Positions 1 through 10,031 of a stretch of DNA of 64,000 bases are shown piece by piece. Where the stretch lies: contig CALKWP010000013.1 in NCBI GenBank assembly GCA_938004075.1, positions 11,734 through 75,733 of the forward strand. The letters run 5' to 3'. The translations under genes and the position numbers were made by a program. Source of the stretch: an uncultured Methanomassiliicoccales archaeon. GTDB lineage: Archaea; Thermoplasmatota; Thermoplasmata; SG8-5. The number at the start of each line of letters is the position of its first letter. The first letter of the stretch is position 1. The notes beneath the pieces are model-generated. The model made no database searches, was not told the origin of the DNA, and worked only from the letters and a program-made list of their open reading frames with translations.

Positions 1-462
1 GCCTTTGAAGGACTTTGGTAGCGCGCCGTCCTCTGCAGCGGCCTCGAAGGCCGTGTAGTGGTCGCCGTACTCCTCTATGATTTCTTTGCTGTAATTGGAC
101 CTGAAATCATCAACAGTCATGGAAAGGCGCTCCGCGACAATCTCGATTAGCTTGGCCGCCTTCTGCTCGTTCTTCCACTGCTGTATCTTCTCGCGCTTCT
201 GGTGGGCGTTGACCTTCTTAAGCGAAAGGTCGATGTGACCCTTTGAGGAGTCTACTGTCATCACTTTGCACACGACACGCTGCCCGTCGCGGACATAGTC
301 GCTCATGCGCTTGACCCAGCCCGTCGCGATTTCCGCGACGTGGATGAATCCTTCCTTTCCCGGATACTCCTCCAGTTCAACGAAGGCGCCGAAACTGCGG
401 ACGCTCTTCACCGTGGCGACAACGAGATCGCCTTCCTCCGGAAAAGACAGCTGCGGGTCCAT
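1..462 (-). CDS. eif2a: Translation initiation factor aIF2 alpha subunit (runs off the window edge, C-terminus missing)
   Basis: Manual translation MDPQLSFPEEGDLVVATVKSVRSFGAFVELEEYPGKEGFIHVAEIATGWVK gives the S1 domain. ATG overlaps the rps27e stop (TAATG). Conserved rpl44e-rps27e-aIF2a order. Confidence 0.95.
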   Translation of the reverse strand, partial: MDPQLSFPEEGDLVVATVKSVRSFGAFVELEEYPGKEGFIHVAEIATGWVKRMSDYVRDGQRVVCKVMTVDSSKGHIDLSLKKVNAHQKREKIQQWKNEQKAAKLIEIVAERLSMTVDDFRSNYSKEIIEEYGDHYTAFEAAAEDGALPKSFKG

Positions 463-653
463 TATCCTACGACCTCGACAATCTCGGCCTTTATCTCGGC
501 CTTACCGCCGGTGGGCTTGGCAAGGGTGGAGCCGCATGCCTGGCATTGAACCTTGGTCGCCGCCTTCACGAAAATTATCTGCTTGTTGTTGCAGTCCGGG
601 CATTTGATCTCCACGAACTTCGCTTCCTTGGCTTCGGGTTTTGACATCTTCAT
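462..653 (-). CDS. rps27e: 30S ribosomal protein S27e
   Basis: FVEIKCPDCNNKQIIF...CQACGSTLAKPTGGKA zinc ribbon. Start at 653 (ATGA overlap with rpl44e) or 647. Confidence 0.95.
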   Translation of the reverse strand: MKMSKPEAKEAKFVEIKCPDCNNKQIIFVKAATKVQCQACGSTLAKPTGGKAEIKAEIVEVVG

Positions 654-931
654 CCCTCCGTGAGCTCGAATTTCTTGGCCCTGATGGCTGCCGGCTGAAC
701 GTATTTCTTGCAGGTGTTGCATTTGTAGCGGAGCCATACCCTCTTGGTCGGCTTTTCGCGGCCCTCTGGCTTCGGCCTTGGGAAACCCCCGTATCCGGAG
801 GTGACTTTCCTGAATCTCCTCTGACCCCATTTCAACTCGCTCGCTTTCTTCTTCTTCACCCTTTCGACGTCATGGGCGGTGTGCTTCTTGCACTTGGGGC
901 AGTACATGTTCACTTTTCTTGGAAGTTTCAT
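650..931 (-). CDS. rpl44e: 50S ribosomal protein L44e
   Basis: MKLPRKVNMYCPKCKKHTAH...GYGGFPRPKPEGREKPTK...CNTC. Confidence 0.95.
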   Translation of the reverse strand: MKLPRKVNMYCPKCKKHTAHDVERVKKKKASELKWGQRRFRKVTSGYGGFPRPKPEGREKPTKRVWLRYKCNTCKKYVQPAAIRAKKFELTEG

Positions 932-1028
932 ACGAATCCTACCTTCTTTTTTCATCTGCTCTGGCAGTGGGACGTCATGTAGCAGCATACTCTATATATA
1001 GGTTTTTATGAGTAAATAAGCACGAAAT

Positions 1029-2270
1029 TTAGATGAAAGTCAGAAAAAGCCAGTACACTGCCAGGTTCATGACGGTCAACGGGGCGCCCACCCTCGCGAA
1101 CTCCATGAAACCGATTGCCCTGTTGCCCCGCGCCTCCGCGTTCTGCAGGATGATCAGATTGCTCGCTGCCCCGATTATGAGGAAGTTACCTGCGATGGTG
1201 CTGCCCGCCACGAGCGCCATCATCTCCCGTGTGCCTGCACCCAGGCCAATCATGACAGGGAGGTAAAGCGCCACAAGCGGGACATTGCACATGACCTGGC
1301 TGAGGATGACGCTCAGGACCAGTATCACAGCTATTGACAGAAGGTTGAACTCGGTCCTCTGGATGAGGTATTGCAGAACCCCGGAATCCCATACTGCCGA
1401 CATGAGGATGAACAGGGAGGCGAAGAAGATCAGTGTTCCCCAATCAACCTTCCGCACTATGGCCCTGCGGTCCTTGGAAAACAGGAGCACGGGGGCAACC
1501 GTCACCAGGGCGATGTAGGTCAGCTTGAAATCCGCGCCCAGGCCGGCTGATACCAGGATTATCTTGAGGGAAATCATGGCCAGGAGCAGTACCAGGGAGA
1601 CCTTGCACAGCTTGGCCAGATATTGGTCCTTGATGAGAACCACATGATCTATCTCCGCCGGCTTCCCGAAATCCTTCTTGAAGACGAACTTGAGCCATAG
1701 ATAAGCGATTAGAAGATTCACCAGCGTCGGGAGGATGAGGTATCTCCCGAACGTGACGAACGGGTCGGCTATGCCGCCGTTGACTGCCACAAGAAGGTTC
1801 TGCGGATTGCCGATGGGGCTCATCGCCCCTCCGATGGTCACCGCGAAAGCCAGGCCGAAGAGCAGGGGCTTGCTGCTGACGCGGTTCCTGGTTGCGATGT
1901 AGAGCATAAGCGGCGTTCCCACGATGGCGATGACATCGTTCATCATTATCGCCGAGATTATTCCGATGCCGAAGATGGTGAGAAAAACGATTTTATCAAC
2001 GGACCGAGCTTTCCCGTATATCCAAATCGCAATCTGGCTGAGATAACCGGACCTGTCCAGGGCCTCGCCCACCACGAACATGCAGAACAGGAAGGCGATA
2101 ACATCCAGGTTGACAGCGGCAAGCACCTGGACCGGGGAGAAGAACCCAGAGAATACCATCACCATGGCGCCTATGGTCATGGCATGCCATATCTTGTAAC
2201 GCGTACCGTAACCCCTGACGGCAATGGCGGTTATGACGCCAGCCAGGACTATAACTGGAAAGTAGTTCAG
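1029..2270 (-). CDS. ArsB/NhaD/CitMHS-family anion permease
   Basis: Highly hydrophobic, with SPIGNPQN and GAASN motifs. The frame stays open 30 codons upstream of ATG 2180 to a CTG preceded by GGAGG. Confidence 0.8.
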   Translation of the reverse strand: MNYFPVIVLAGVITAIAVRGYGTRYKIWHAMTIGAMVMVFSGFFSPVQVLAAVNLDVIAFLFCMFVVGEALDRSGYLSQIAIWIYGKARSVDKIVFLTIFGIGIISAIMMNDVIAIVGTPLMLYIATRNRVSSKPLLFGLAFAVTIGGAMSPIGNPQNLLVAVNGGIADPFVTFGRYLILPTLVNLLIAYLWLKFVFKKDFGKPAEIDHVVLIKDQYLAKLCKVSLVLLLAMISLKIILVSAGLGADFKLTYIALVTVAPVLLFSKDRRAIVRKVDWGTLIFFASLFILMSAVWDSGVLQYLIQRTEFNLLSIAVILVLSVILSQVMCNVPLVALYLPVMIGLGAGTREMMALVAGSTIAGNFLIIGAASNLIILQNAEARGNRAIGFMEFARVGAPLTVMNLAVYWLFLTFI

Positions 2271-2296
2271 CCCATCCCTCCGGCCATGTCAGGAAC

Positions 2297-3031
2297 TCAG
2301 GACTGGTTCTCTGTGAAGTATTCAGCGAGGTTGAGGCCTTTCTTGGCGATGAGGCTGTTGGGTTTTATCTCCAACGCCTTGTTGAACAGCGGGACGGCTT
2401 CATTGAACCTGCCAAGCCCCTCCAGAGCCGCGCCCTTCTTGCCCAGCGCGTCAGGATTGTTGGGGTCCAGGGATATCGCCTTGTCGAAGTACTGCATTGC
2501 CTCTTCCAGCTTGCCCATTGTCACCAAGGCGGAAGCTTTCTTCGCCCATGCCTCGGACTTGCTGGAATCCTTGCTTATCATGGCCTCGGCCTTCGAAAGC
2601 TCGGCCATGGCCTTGTCCAGGCGGTTCTGGGCGGTCTTGAGGTCCTTGGCTGCCAGCGGGTGCTTGGGAGCGAGTTTCGCAGCCTTTCCAAGCAGCTCGG
2701 TGGCTTTGACGCAATCCCCGTAGAACATCTGAGTGTATCCCTTGAAATGAAGTTCGTTGGCCGCAATCATGTCGACCTGCTCCTGGCAGTACGCTTCCAG
2801 GTCGGACTTCCCGGCCTTCTGGGCAATGCCCTTGAGCTTAGTGAATACTTCAGGGGAATCAAGCGGCCTCTCGAATGCCTCATCAACCTCAAGAAGCTTC
2901 TGGCGGATGACGTCCAGCGCCATGCTGTCGCCCGGACCGCCGCTCAATCCGTCGATGACCTTCATTATGGCCTCGGTCGTTCCCTTTATGCTCAGCGTCA
3001 CATCCAGATTCTTAAGTTCTTCAAGAGACAT
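2297..3031 (-). CDS. TPR-repeat protein
   Basis: C-terminal TPR consensus (AWAKKASALVTMGKLEEAMQYFDKAISLDP; ALGKKGAALEGLGRFNEAVPLFNKALEIKP). Confidence 0.85.
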   Translation of the reverse strand: MSLEELKNLDVTLSIKGTTEAIMKVIDGLSGGPGDSMALDVIRQKLLEVDEAFERPLDSPEVFTKLKGIAQKAGKSDLEAYCQEQVDMIAANELHFKGYTQMFYGDCVKATELLGKAAKLAPKHPLAAKDLKTAQNRLDKAMAELSKAEAMISKDSSKSEAWAKKASALVTMGKLEEAMQYFDKAISLDPNNPDALGKKGAALEGLGRFNEAVPLFNKALEIKPNSLIAKKGLNLAEYFTENQS

Positions 3032-3125
3032 ATATTCGCCCCGTTAGGGAATAACCGGAGGGGGTTATGAGATTTTCCGTCGGGGGAATCCTTTTAACCC
3101 CGCTGACCATTATTGTGCCGATAAC

Positions 3126-3314
3126 ATGAAGCGCCAGATGCTCGACATAATCTGCTGCCCGGTGTGCAAGGGCGACCTCGACCTCAAGGTCGACAAAGAG
3201 GACAAAGTGGAGATACTGGCCGGCTTTTTGACATGCAAGAAGTGCAAGTTCGATTATCCAATTGAAGACGGCATACCAAATCTTCTGCCACCCGAACTCC
3301 AGAAGCTATTGTAA
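3126..3314 (+). CDS. trm112: Trm112-like methyltransferase activator
   Basis: LDIICCPVCKGDL...LTCKKCKFDYPIEDGIPNLL. Confidence 0.9.
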   Translation: MKRQMLDIICCPVCKGDLDLKVDKEDKVEILAGFLTCKKCKFDYPIEDGIPNLLPPELQKLL

Positions 3315-3321
3315 TTCGCTG

Positions 3322-3837
3322 TCAGATGAACATTCCCTGGGCCTCGATTATGCCAGCGGCATCAATGGCCTTCTCGTATTCTTCCAGCGGTTCCCTGTTG
3401 AGAGTGAGGAAAGTGTTCCCCCATGTGAATTTTGAGAGCAGTTCCTCTGCCTGGGGGCGATACCCGAGGATTATCAGCGCGGCCGCAAAGGCCTCCACGC
3501 TGGAAAGGATGAACGGCTTCCCGTAATTGACTGGATTCGCTGCAACAAGGAAGGGGAGAGCCCTCTGCCTGGAGTCCTTTATCCCGGCCGGAAAATCATC
3601 GCCCGTCTCCTTCCAGGAAAGGTCCAGGACCGCGATTCCGGACTTCCTAGCAATCTCCAGGTCGTCTCTCGATATGACCTTGCGGGTTGTCGGCATCAGA
3701 ACAAGGGATGCGGGGGGAAGGGCATTGAGCTTGAAGACCTGCCTGGCAAGGTTGAACCTTGCCAGCTTGCGGCCGCTGCACTTCTTGGGGTCGCATTGCT
3801 TGCCGTCGAAGAAGTATAGAGGTATCGTTCCGGGCAT
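3322..3837 (-). CDS. tsr3: 16S rRNA aminocarboxypropyltransferase Tsr3
   Basis: QCDPKKCSGRKL and RALPFLVAANPVNYGKPFILSSVEA motifs. Confidence 0.92.
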   Translation of the reverse strand: MPGTIPLYFFDGKQCDPKKCSGRKLARFNLARQVFKLNALPPASLVLMPTTRKVISRDDLEIARKSGIAVLDLSWKETGDDFPAGIKDSRQRALPFLVAANPVNYGKPFILSSVEAFAAALIILGYRPQAEELLSKFTWGNTFLTLNREPLEEYEKAIDAAGIIEAQGMFI

Positions 3838-3975
3838 ATCAATCCCTGAAAGATAGGGGTGACGGCCATAATAATGTTTGCCGGAGGCGGGAATTCAAGC
3901 GCATATTTACAAAAAATCGGCAAAGATATGGTACAAGTTAAATCATTGAAACGCTTGAGGGGTGACGGTGAGCAA

Positions 3976-5010
3976 ATGACCGTTAAAGTTGCCATAAATG
4001 GCTACGGGACCATAGGAAAGCGCGTTGCGGATGCTGTCTCCAAACAGGATGACATGGAGATTATCGGCGTGGTGAAGACCCGCCCGACATCGGAGGCCAG
4101 GCTTGCGATCAAGAAGGGATACAAGCTTTACGTAGCCAAGGACGGGATGCAAGCTTTCAAAGACGCTGGCATTGATGTGGCCGGCACCGCGGAGGAGCTT
4201 TTTAAGATGGCCGATATAATCGTGGACTGCACCCCTGGGAAGAAGAAGGAAGGCGGAACCACGGGCGAGGATTATCTCAAGATCTACAGGGAACTGGGCA
4301 AGAAGGCGCTGTTCCAGGGAGGGGAGAAGCACAAACTGACCAACCTTTCCTTCAACTCGACAGCCAATTATTCTGAATCATATGGCAAGGATTATGCGCG
4401 GGTCGTCTCGTGCAACACAACCGGCCTGTGCAGGACCCTCTACCCGCTCCAGCAGGCATTCGGAATCGAGAATGTCATGGCAGTCATGATTAGGCGCGCC
4501 GCGGACCCATACGATTCCAAGAACGGCCCGATAAACGCCATCGAGCCGGAAGTTAAGGTGCCCAGCCACCATGGCCCGGATGCGCAGAGCTGCATGCCCG
4601 GGCTCAACATCCAGTCAATGGCAGTGAAGGTCCCGACGACGCTTATGCATATGCACCAGCTTGCGGTGAAGCTGAAAAAGCCGGCGACGACGGCCGATGT
4701 GCTCAAAGTCTGGGAAAAGGCCCCCAGGGTCATATTCGTCAGCACCAAGGACGGGGTGAAATCAACCGCCCAGGTGATGGAACTCGCCAAGGACATGGGC
4801 AGGGACCGCGCCGACCTCTACGAGATTGCGATTTGGAAGGACGGCGTCAACGTTGTCGGTGACATGCTGTACTACACCCAGGCGATACACCAGGAATCGG
4901 ATGTAGTGCCTGAGAACGTGGACTGCATCAGGGCGCTGTGCGGGCTGGAGAAGGACGGAAAGAAGAGCCAGGCAAAGACAGACAAGGCAATGGGAATATG
5001 CAGGGCGTGA
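3976..5010 (+). CDS. gap: Archaeal type II glyceraldehyde-3-phosphate dehydrogenase
   Basis: INGYGTIGKRVADAV, RVVSCNTTG, AIHQESDVVPENVD. Confidence 0.95.
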   Translation: MTVKVAINGYGTIGKRVADAVSKQDDMEIIGVVKTRPTSEARLAIKKGYKLYVAKDGMQAFKDAGIDVAGTAEELFKMADIIVDCTPGKKKEGGTTGEDYLKIYRELGKKALFQGGEKHKLTNLSFNSTANYSESYGKDYARVVSCNTTGLCRTLYPLQQAFGIENVMAVMIRRAADPYDSKNGPINAIEPEVKVPSHHGPDAQSCMPGLNIQSMAVKVPTTLMHMHQLAVKLKKPATTADVLKVWEKAPRVIFVSTKDGVKSTAQVMELAKDMGRDRADLYEIAIWKDGVNVVGDMLYYTQAIHQESDVVPENVDCIRALCGLEKDGKKSQAKTDKAMGICRA

Positions 5011-5014
5011 ACTC

Positions 5015-5593
5015 ATGATTTCAGAGAAAGAGATTGAGAAGCTGTTCGGGGAATATCTTGGCCAGATTAAGGACAAGAAGATGCGGAATATGACAGTGAA
5101 AGTCTGGGTGGATGGCTGCAAGCAGGGCGGTTGGACCTCCGTGAAGCAGCTGGAGAAGATGCCCTACACACTGCTCACGGAAACCTACGGCGTCAATTTC
5201 ATCGAGCACACGATTGCAGTGACGAGAGGCGCCATGGAACTGGCAAAGGCCCAGCTGGACAATTACAAGAAAATGCCCTACAAGATTGACATGGACCGGT
5301 TGATTGTCGGCGGCCTTCTGCACGATGTGGGAAAGCTGGTTGAGACGGAACCGGACGGAAAGGGCGGTTACAGGAAATCCAGGGCCGGCGCATGCCTCCG
5401 GCACCCGGTATCGGGCACTGTCATGGCCAAGATGGCCGGGTTCTCCGATGAAATCGCGAACACCATCGCCTGCCACGCCAAGGAGGGCGAGGGCGCGCCC
5501 CAGGTCATTGAAACGGTGTTCATTCACCAGGCGGATTTCGCGACATTCAACCCGCTGGTCATGATGAACGGCGGGAAACTCATTCAAGATTGA
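5015..5593 (+). CDS. HD-domain phosphohydrolase
   Basis: EHT...GGLLHDVGK...RHP...CH...HQAD metal-binding pattern. Confidence 0.8.
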   Translation: MISEKEIEKLFGEYLGQIKDKKMRNMTVKVWVDGCKQGGWTSVKQLEKMPYTLLTETYGVNFIEHTIAVTRGAMELAKAQLDNYKKMPYKIDMDRLIVGGLLHDVGKLVETEPDGKGGYRKSRAGACLRHPVSGTVMAKMAGFSDEIANTIACHAKEGEGAPQVIETVFIHQADFATFNPLVMMNGGKLIQD

Positions 5594-6297
5594 TCCTTCA
5601 GGCGCTTGATTGATTTCGAGGCCCTGCTGAAAACGCCGGCAAGGGTGTGAAATTCAGTGCTTGAGAGCCCGGCCCTTGCAACTATCTTGCGGAACATTAT
5701 GCGGGTCTTCGCTTTCTTGTGCGGTGGATATTTGATGTCTTCCAAGAGGTCGGAGAACAGCTTGTTCATCACTTCCTTCTCCTTGGAGGCCGCAAGTTTC
5801 TTCCGCTTGGGCTTGGTCCCCGCATTGTACAATTCATAGAATACAACTGTGCAGGCATGGGAGAGGTTCATTATCGGGTTTATCTCATGCGTCGGGATGG
5901 TCACCAGTATGTCGCATTTCTTCAGCTCCTCGTTGTAAAGGCCGTAATCCTCCCTGCCGAAAAGAACCCCCACTTTGCCAATCTTGCCGGAAAGATGCTC
6001 GGCCAGCTGCTTCGGGGTTATGGGCTCGCGGAGGAATTTTTTCTCATTATCGGTGGGCTGGCCGGAGGTCCCGATCACGATGTCCATGCCTTCAATCGCC
6101 TCGTCCAGCGTTCTGACTGTCTTTGAGCCATCAAGAACGAACCGGCCGTGCTTCGCGTACCTGAACGCGTCGTCCCCGAGCTCGCATGGGTTGACGAGCA
6201 CAAGTTTGTCCAAGCCGAAGTTGCTCATGGCCCTGCAAACTGAGCCGATGTTCCCGGGAAATTTCGGCTGGACCAGTATTACTGTGATATCGGGCAT
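5584..6297 (-). CDS. trmJ: TrmJ/TrmH-family (SPOUT) RNA 2'-O-methyltransferase
   Basis: PKFPGNIGSVCRAMSNFG, LFGREDYGLYNEEL, MNLSHA. Confidence 0.88.
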   Translation of the reverse strand: MPDITVILVQPKFPGNIGSVCRAMSNFGLDKLVLVNPCELGDDAFRYAKHGRFVLDGSKTVRTLDEAIEGMDIVIGTSGQPTDNEKKFLREPITPKQLAEHLSGKIGKVGVLFGREDYGLYNEELKKCDILVTIPTHEINPIMNLSHACTVVFYELYNAGTKPKRKKLAASKEKEVMNKLFSDLLEDIKYPPHKKAKTRIMFRKIVARAGLSSTEFHTLAGVFSRASKSIKRLKDQS

Positions 6298-6346
6298 CGC
6301 GCCCCCATAGAGTCGGATTTATAAATAAAAGCCGTTCAAGGGGCCG

Positions 6347-7141
6347 ATGAGATACGCGCTTAAGTTCGCATACGATGGCCAAAGATTCGAAGGATATGCC
6401 AGGCAGCCCGGAAAAACCACAGTGGAGGGAGAAATCATCAGGGCGATGGGGGAAATCGGTGCTATTGCCGATTCCCGGACCGCCAACTTCCGAAGCGCCA
6501 GCCGCACGGACCGCGGCGTCAGCGCCGCGGGGAATGTGCTGGCTGTTGACACGGAGTTCTCTTGCAAGGCGCTTCCCGATGCGCTCAACTCAAAGCTTGA
6601 AGGCATAGTCTTCCACGGCATAGCCAGGGTTCCGGACGACTTCAATCCCCGGCATGCCAGGCAGCGGCATTACCGGTATTTTCTGGCGGCAGAGATTGCA
6701 CCATCAGTCGAGAAGCTGAGGAAGGCGTCAGAGCCTTTCATCGGTAAGCATGATTTCAGGCAGTTCTCGAAGAAGGACACCGGCAAGGAAAACACGGTTT
6801 TAACGATAGACTCGATCGAGATAACCCAGATAGGGGAATCCATCATCATCGACGTGAAAGGCCAGCGGTTCCTTTGGGAGGTGGTGAGGCGCATGCTATC
6901 CGCCATAATCGACGTTGCCAGAGGGAATCTCACCCAGAAAATCGTTAAAGGAATGCTGGCGGGGACAGCGATCCGGCCAGGTGGCAACAAGCCGCTGGCG
7001 CCGGAGTGCCTGGTGCTGATGGACGTGAAGTATGACTTTGAGTTCGAGATTGTTAAGAATAAATCGGATTATTTTGAAACGCTGGCACGCGATCTGAGGC
7101 TGCGTGCTGAGGTCGCCGGGCATATTTCTAAAACCTCTTGA
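6347..7141 (+). CDS. truA: tRNA pseudouridine(38-40) synthase
   Basis: AYDGQRFEGYARQP, ASRTDRGVSA, GKHDF. Confidence 0.92.
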   Translation: MRYALKFAYDGQRFEGYARQPGKTTVEGEIIRAMGEIGAIADSRTANFRSASRTDRGVSAAGNVLAVDTEFSCKALPDALNSKLEGIVFHGIARVPDDFNPRHARQRHYRYFLAAEIAPSVEKLRKASEPFIGKHDFRQFSKKDTGKENTVLTIDSIEITQIGESIIIDVKGQRFLWEVVRRMLSAIIDVARGNLTQKIVKGMLAGTAIRPGGNKPLAPECLVLMDVKYDFEFEIVKNKSDYFETLARDLRLRAEVAGHISKTS

Positions 7142-8414
7142 GCGGCTTCGACAGGTGCCGCCGCGCGCCGACCGGCGGCTCGTACCAGCCCGGCTCCAAG
7201 TCCCTTTCTTCCGGCATGAACTCCGCATTCCTGGCCTTTGCTCCGCACTTCTGGCACTTGTAGCCCTGGCCCTTGCCCACGGATTTCATGCGCTTGCAGC
7301 ATTTCCGGCAGAGGGGATTGGCGACCTTCACCATTGTGGGGGCCAGTTCCTCGACAAGGAGCTTCTCCACGTTGATCGTGGGCGGCGATTCCCTCACTGC
7401 GCCAATCACGGTGATGGCGTCCCCGGGCCTGAGCTTCTCCCCGACATGGCGGAAGCCCTTGGCCGGCTCGTAGATGGTGCAATCCACGCTGGCTGTGCCG
7501 TTGGTGATGGAAAAAACCAGATGGCCGCCCTCAATCATGCGGGGCATTGTGGCGACCCTGGCACGGACTTTCACTGATGTGAATGGCTCGAGATTGGCGA
7601 TGCTGGCATCGATTATGTGGTCGTCCGTCCCCTGGTTGGTGAGAAATATGAGCCAGCGTTCGATATTTTCTGATTTCACAAACTTCATGGCCGCCGGAAG
7701 GTAATCGTACCCGTTCCCGCGGATGCCGTACAGGATGGGGCAGGGGGACGCGGGTGCGAATGCCACATGCTCCAATTCGTAATCGTAATTGTTGAAGGTG
7801 CCGGGGAATTTCGCGTCCATCAGCATGACGCTGGCTGGGCTGACGTCTCTTGGCGTTCCCCATTTTTTTTGTTCCCGGTATGCGATCAGCTCATATGTTC
7901 TGTCCTGGGGATGCCAGGCCATTGCCGAGACCGCGCCGATGAGTCCCCGCCGGTTCTTCCAGCCATGGCAGAATTGCGGGTTCGCCGCTTCCAGGTGCGC
8001 CGCAAGCTCCACGACATGGCGCACCGCCTTCCAGTAGAGGCCGGGATGCGGCTTGTGGCTGGATATCGCAAGGCCCGGGTTGGTCTTGGGGTCCTCGAAT
8101 CTCGCCAGACGTTCAATCAGGCCCCTGGCCTTATAGAAATCTGCCTTTGTGGGCTTTGCTGGTGTGCCTTTTTCATAGCAGAGAATGTCCCGGCCATCAA
8201 TTCTCCCGATGACCTTGGGCAGCCCCGTTCCCCTGCCCAACCGGATGCAGACCGCGGCATTTCCCCTGGTTTTCCATGGAACGTTCGGATTCAGGCGGAC
8301 CAGTCTGGGAAATCCCAGCATGTCATAATCGGAAAATTCCCGAATCAACTCGGTCGCAAGATAGGTCGTGCACATGCCTTCTGTTGAGTCGGTATCATCA
8401 ACGCCAATGTACAT
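7128..8414 (-). CDS. tiaS: tRNA(Ile2) agmatinylcytidine synthetase
   Basis: IGVDDTDSTEGMCTTY, LVRLNPNVPWKTRGN, TNQGTDDH, C-terminal zinc ribbon, RRHLSKP. Confidence 0.95.
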   Translation of the reverse strand: MYIGVDDTDSTEGMCTTYLATELIREFSDYDMLGFPRLVRLNPNVPWKTRGNAAVCIRLGRGTGLPKVIGRIDGRDILCYEKGTPAKPTKADFYKARGLIERLARFEDPKTNPGLAISSHKPHPGLYWKAVRHVVELAAHLEAANPQFCHGWKNRRGLIGAVSAMAWHPQDRTYELIAYREQKKWGTPRDVSPASVMLMDAKFPGTFNNYDYELEHVAFAPASPCPILYGIRGNGYDYLPAAMKFVKSENIERWLIFLTNQGTDDHIIDASIANLEPFTSVKVRARVATMPRMIEGGHLVFSITNGTASVDCTIYEPAKGFRHVGEKLRPGDAITVIGAVRESPPTINVEKLLVEELAPTMVKVANPLCRKCCKRMKSVGKGQGYKCQKCGAKARNAEFMPEERDLEPGWYEPPVGARRHLSKPLKRF

Positions 8415-8418
8415 GCCG

Positions 8419-9348
8419 TCACTTCCAGATATCGTAGGATTCGCCGCACTGGCAGTTTATCTTTTTTCCCGGGACGCCGGGGCTTTCCCCCGATTTCTGG
8501 TAGCTTTCTCCCAGGCGCCTGCGGCATTTCGGGCATCTTGCCGCCTCCTTGAGGAAGAAGTCCAGCCAGGCTTTTCGGATGTCCGGCTCCGTCTCCATCT
8601 CTATTTTATCCAGCAGAGCGCCGTCCTCCGGCTTCACGACCATCCTGCGCATCAATTCGAAATCCAGGCCGGCCCTTCTCTTCTCCACAGCTTTCTTGAC
8701 AATGGCTGGGGCCAGGAATACGCCGCACACGATGCCGCCGATATGGGCGATATGCGCGGTCCCGTCATCAACAGCCATTGCTACCAGTATCGTCTCCATG
8801 ACGAACATTATCCCAACCGCGGCCCAGACAGGCGCCCGGGTCGTGAAGAACGGCCCCAGGAACATCGGGATGCGGTCCCTCGGATAGAGAACAAGCAGAG
8901 CGCCGCCTATTCCGTAAATCGCGCCGGAAGCACCCAGCAGGTATGCCGCAGATTGGGGATTGAAAATGAAATAAAGCAGGGTGGCGGCAATGCCGCTGGC
9001 CAGGTAGATTGTGAGCCAGTTCCGGGAGCCGATGCGCTCCTCGAGCGGAAGCCCGATAAGGTAAAGCACCAGCACGTTCCCTATCAAGTGGAACGGATGC
9101 ACATGCATGAACATCGAAGTGAAAACCGTGTGCAGGTACTCAGGCCTGCCGAAGAGCAGGGGCTGGAATGTGAAGGCCTCCAACATGGGAAAGAAAAATT
9201 GGCTGCCGGAATAGTCCAGCGCGAACATGTAGATGAAAATGAAGAAGTTGGCTATGACCATCACCTGGGTGAAGTAGGCCTTGCGCCACCAGGCATAGAG
9301 AAATGAGCCGATGATTATGGCCGGTATAGGGACGTATTCAAGCATCAA
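8419..9348 (-). CDS. Rhomboid intramembrane serine protease with C-terminal zinc ribbon
   Basis: TSMFMH...HLIGN, GASG, AHIGG; CPKC...CQC tail. Confidence 0.9.
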   Translation of the reverse strand: MMLEYVPIPAIIIGSFLYAWWRKAYFTQVMVIANFFIFIYMFALDYSGSQFFFPMLEAFTFQPLLFGRPEYLHTVFTSMFMHVHPFHLIGNVLVLYLIGLPLEERIGSRNWLTIYLASGIAATLLYFIFNPQSAAYLLGASGAIYGIGGALLVLYPRDRIPMFLGPFFTTRAPVWAAVGIMFVMETILVAMAVDDGTAHIAHIGGIVCGVFLAPAIVKKAVEKRRAGLDFELMRRMVVKPEDGALLDKIEMETEPDIRKAWLDFFLKEAARCPKCRRRLGESYQKSGESPGVPGKKINCQCGESYDIWK

Positions 9349-9399
9349 TGCACTTCAACAGGGAATTTAATTTAAACCTATCTGTGATATTCTCCGATT

Positions 9400-9987
9400 G
9401 TGAAAGTTGACATATCAATCCAAATAGAGATTTGCCCGGGGGTGTACGCCCCCGCAGAGGACACTTACCTGCTCCTCTCGGCTGTTGAAATCCGCAAAGG
9501 CCAGCACGTCCTGGAGATGGGCTGCGGAACAGGAATTATCGCGCTGCACTGCGCCAAGGCTGGGTGCCAAGTTACGGCTGCGGATGTTTCCCTGGGCGCT
9601 GTGGAGAACGCGCAAATGAACGCTGCCATAAACGGCCTGGAGATGGAGGTCATCCAGTCGGATTTGTTTCAGAACATGGAAGAAAAATTCGATGCCATCA
9701 TCTTCAACCCGCCATATCTTTCCTCCGAGGATTCCGAGGGGCTTTCGGATGCAGAGAAAAGGCCGCTGGTCGGCGGTGAGATGGGGCATGAAATCACGGC
9801 CCGGTTCCTGGATGGCGCCGCAGAGCGCCTGAGCCCAGGAGGGAAGATTTACCTGCTGACCTCTTCGGAGAGCGAAACGGGAGTCCTGGAAAAGGCCAGG
9901 CAGCATTATTCGATGCGGATGATTGCCGAGAAGAGGATTTTTTTTGAGACGCTGGCCGTTTATGAGATGAAATTGGGCAAGCCTTAA
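9400..9987 (+). CDS. HemK/PrmC-family methyltransferase
   Basis: VYAPAEDTYLL, LEMGCGTG, FNPPY. Confidence 0.88.
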   Translation: MKVDISIQIEICPGVYAPAEDTYLLLSAVEIRKGQHVLEMGCGTGIIALHCAKAGCQVTAADVSLGAVENAQMNAAINGLEMEVIQSDLFQNMEEKFDAIIFNPPYLSSEDSEGLSDAEKRPLVGGEMGHEITARFLDGAAERLSPGGKIYLLTSSESETGVLEKARQHYSMRMIAEKRIFFETLAVYEMKLGKP

Positions 9988-10031
9988 ATAGCCCGTCCAG
10001 GTTTTAGCCATTCTCTCAAAGGGGGCTATTC

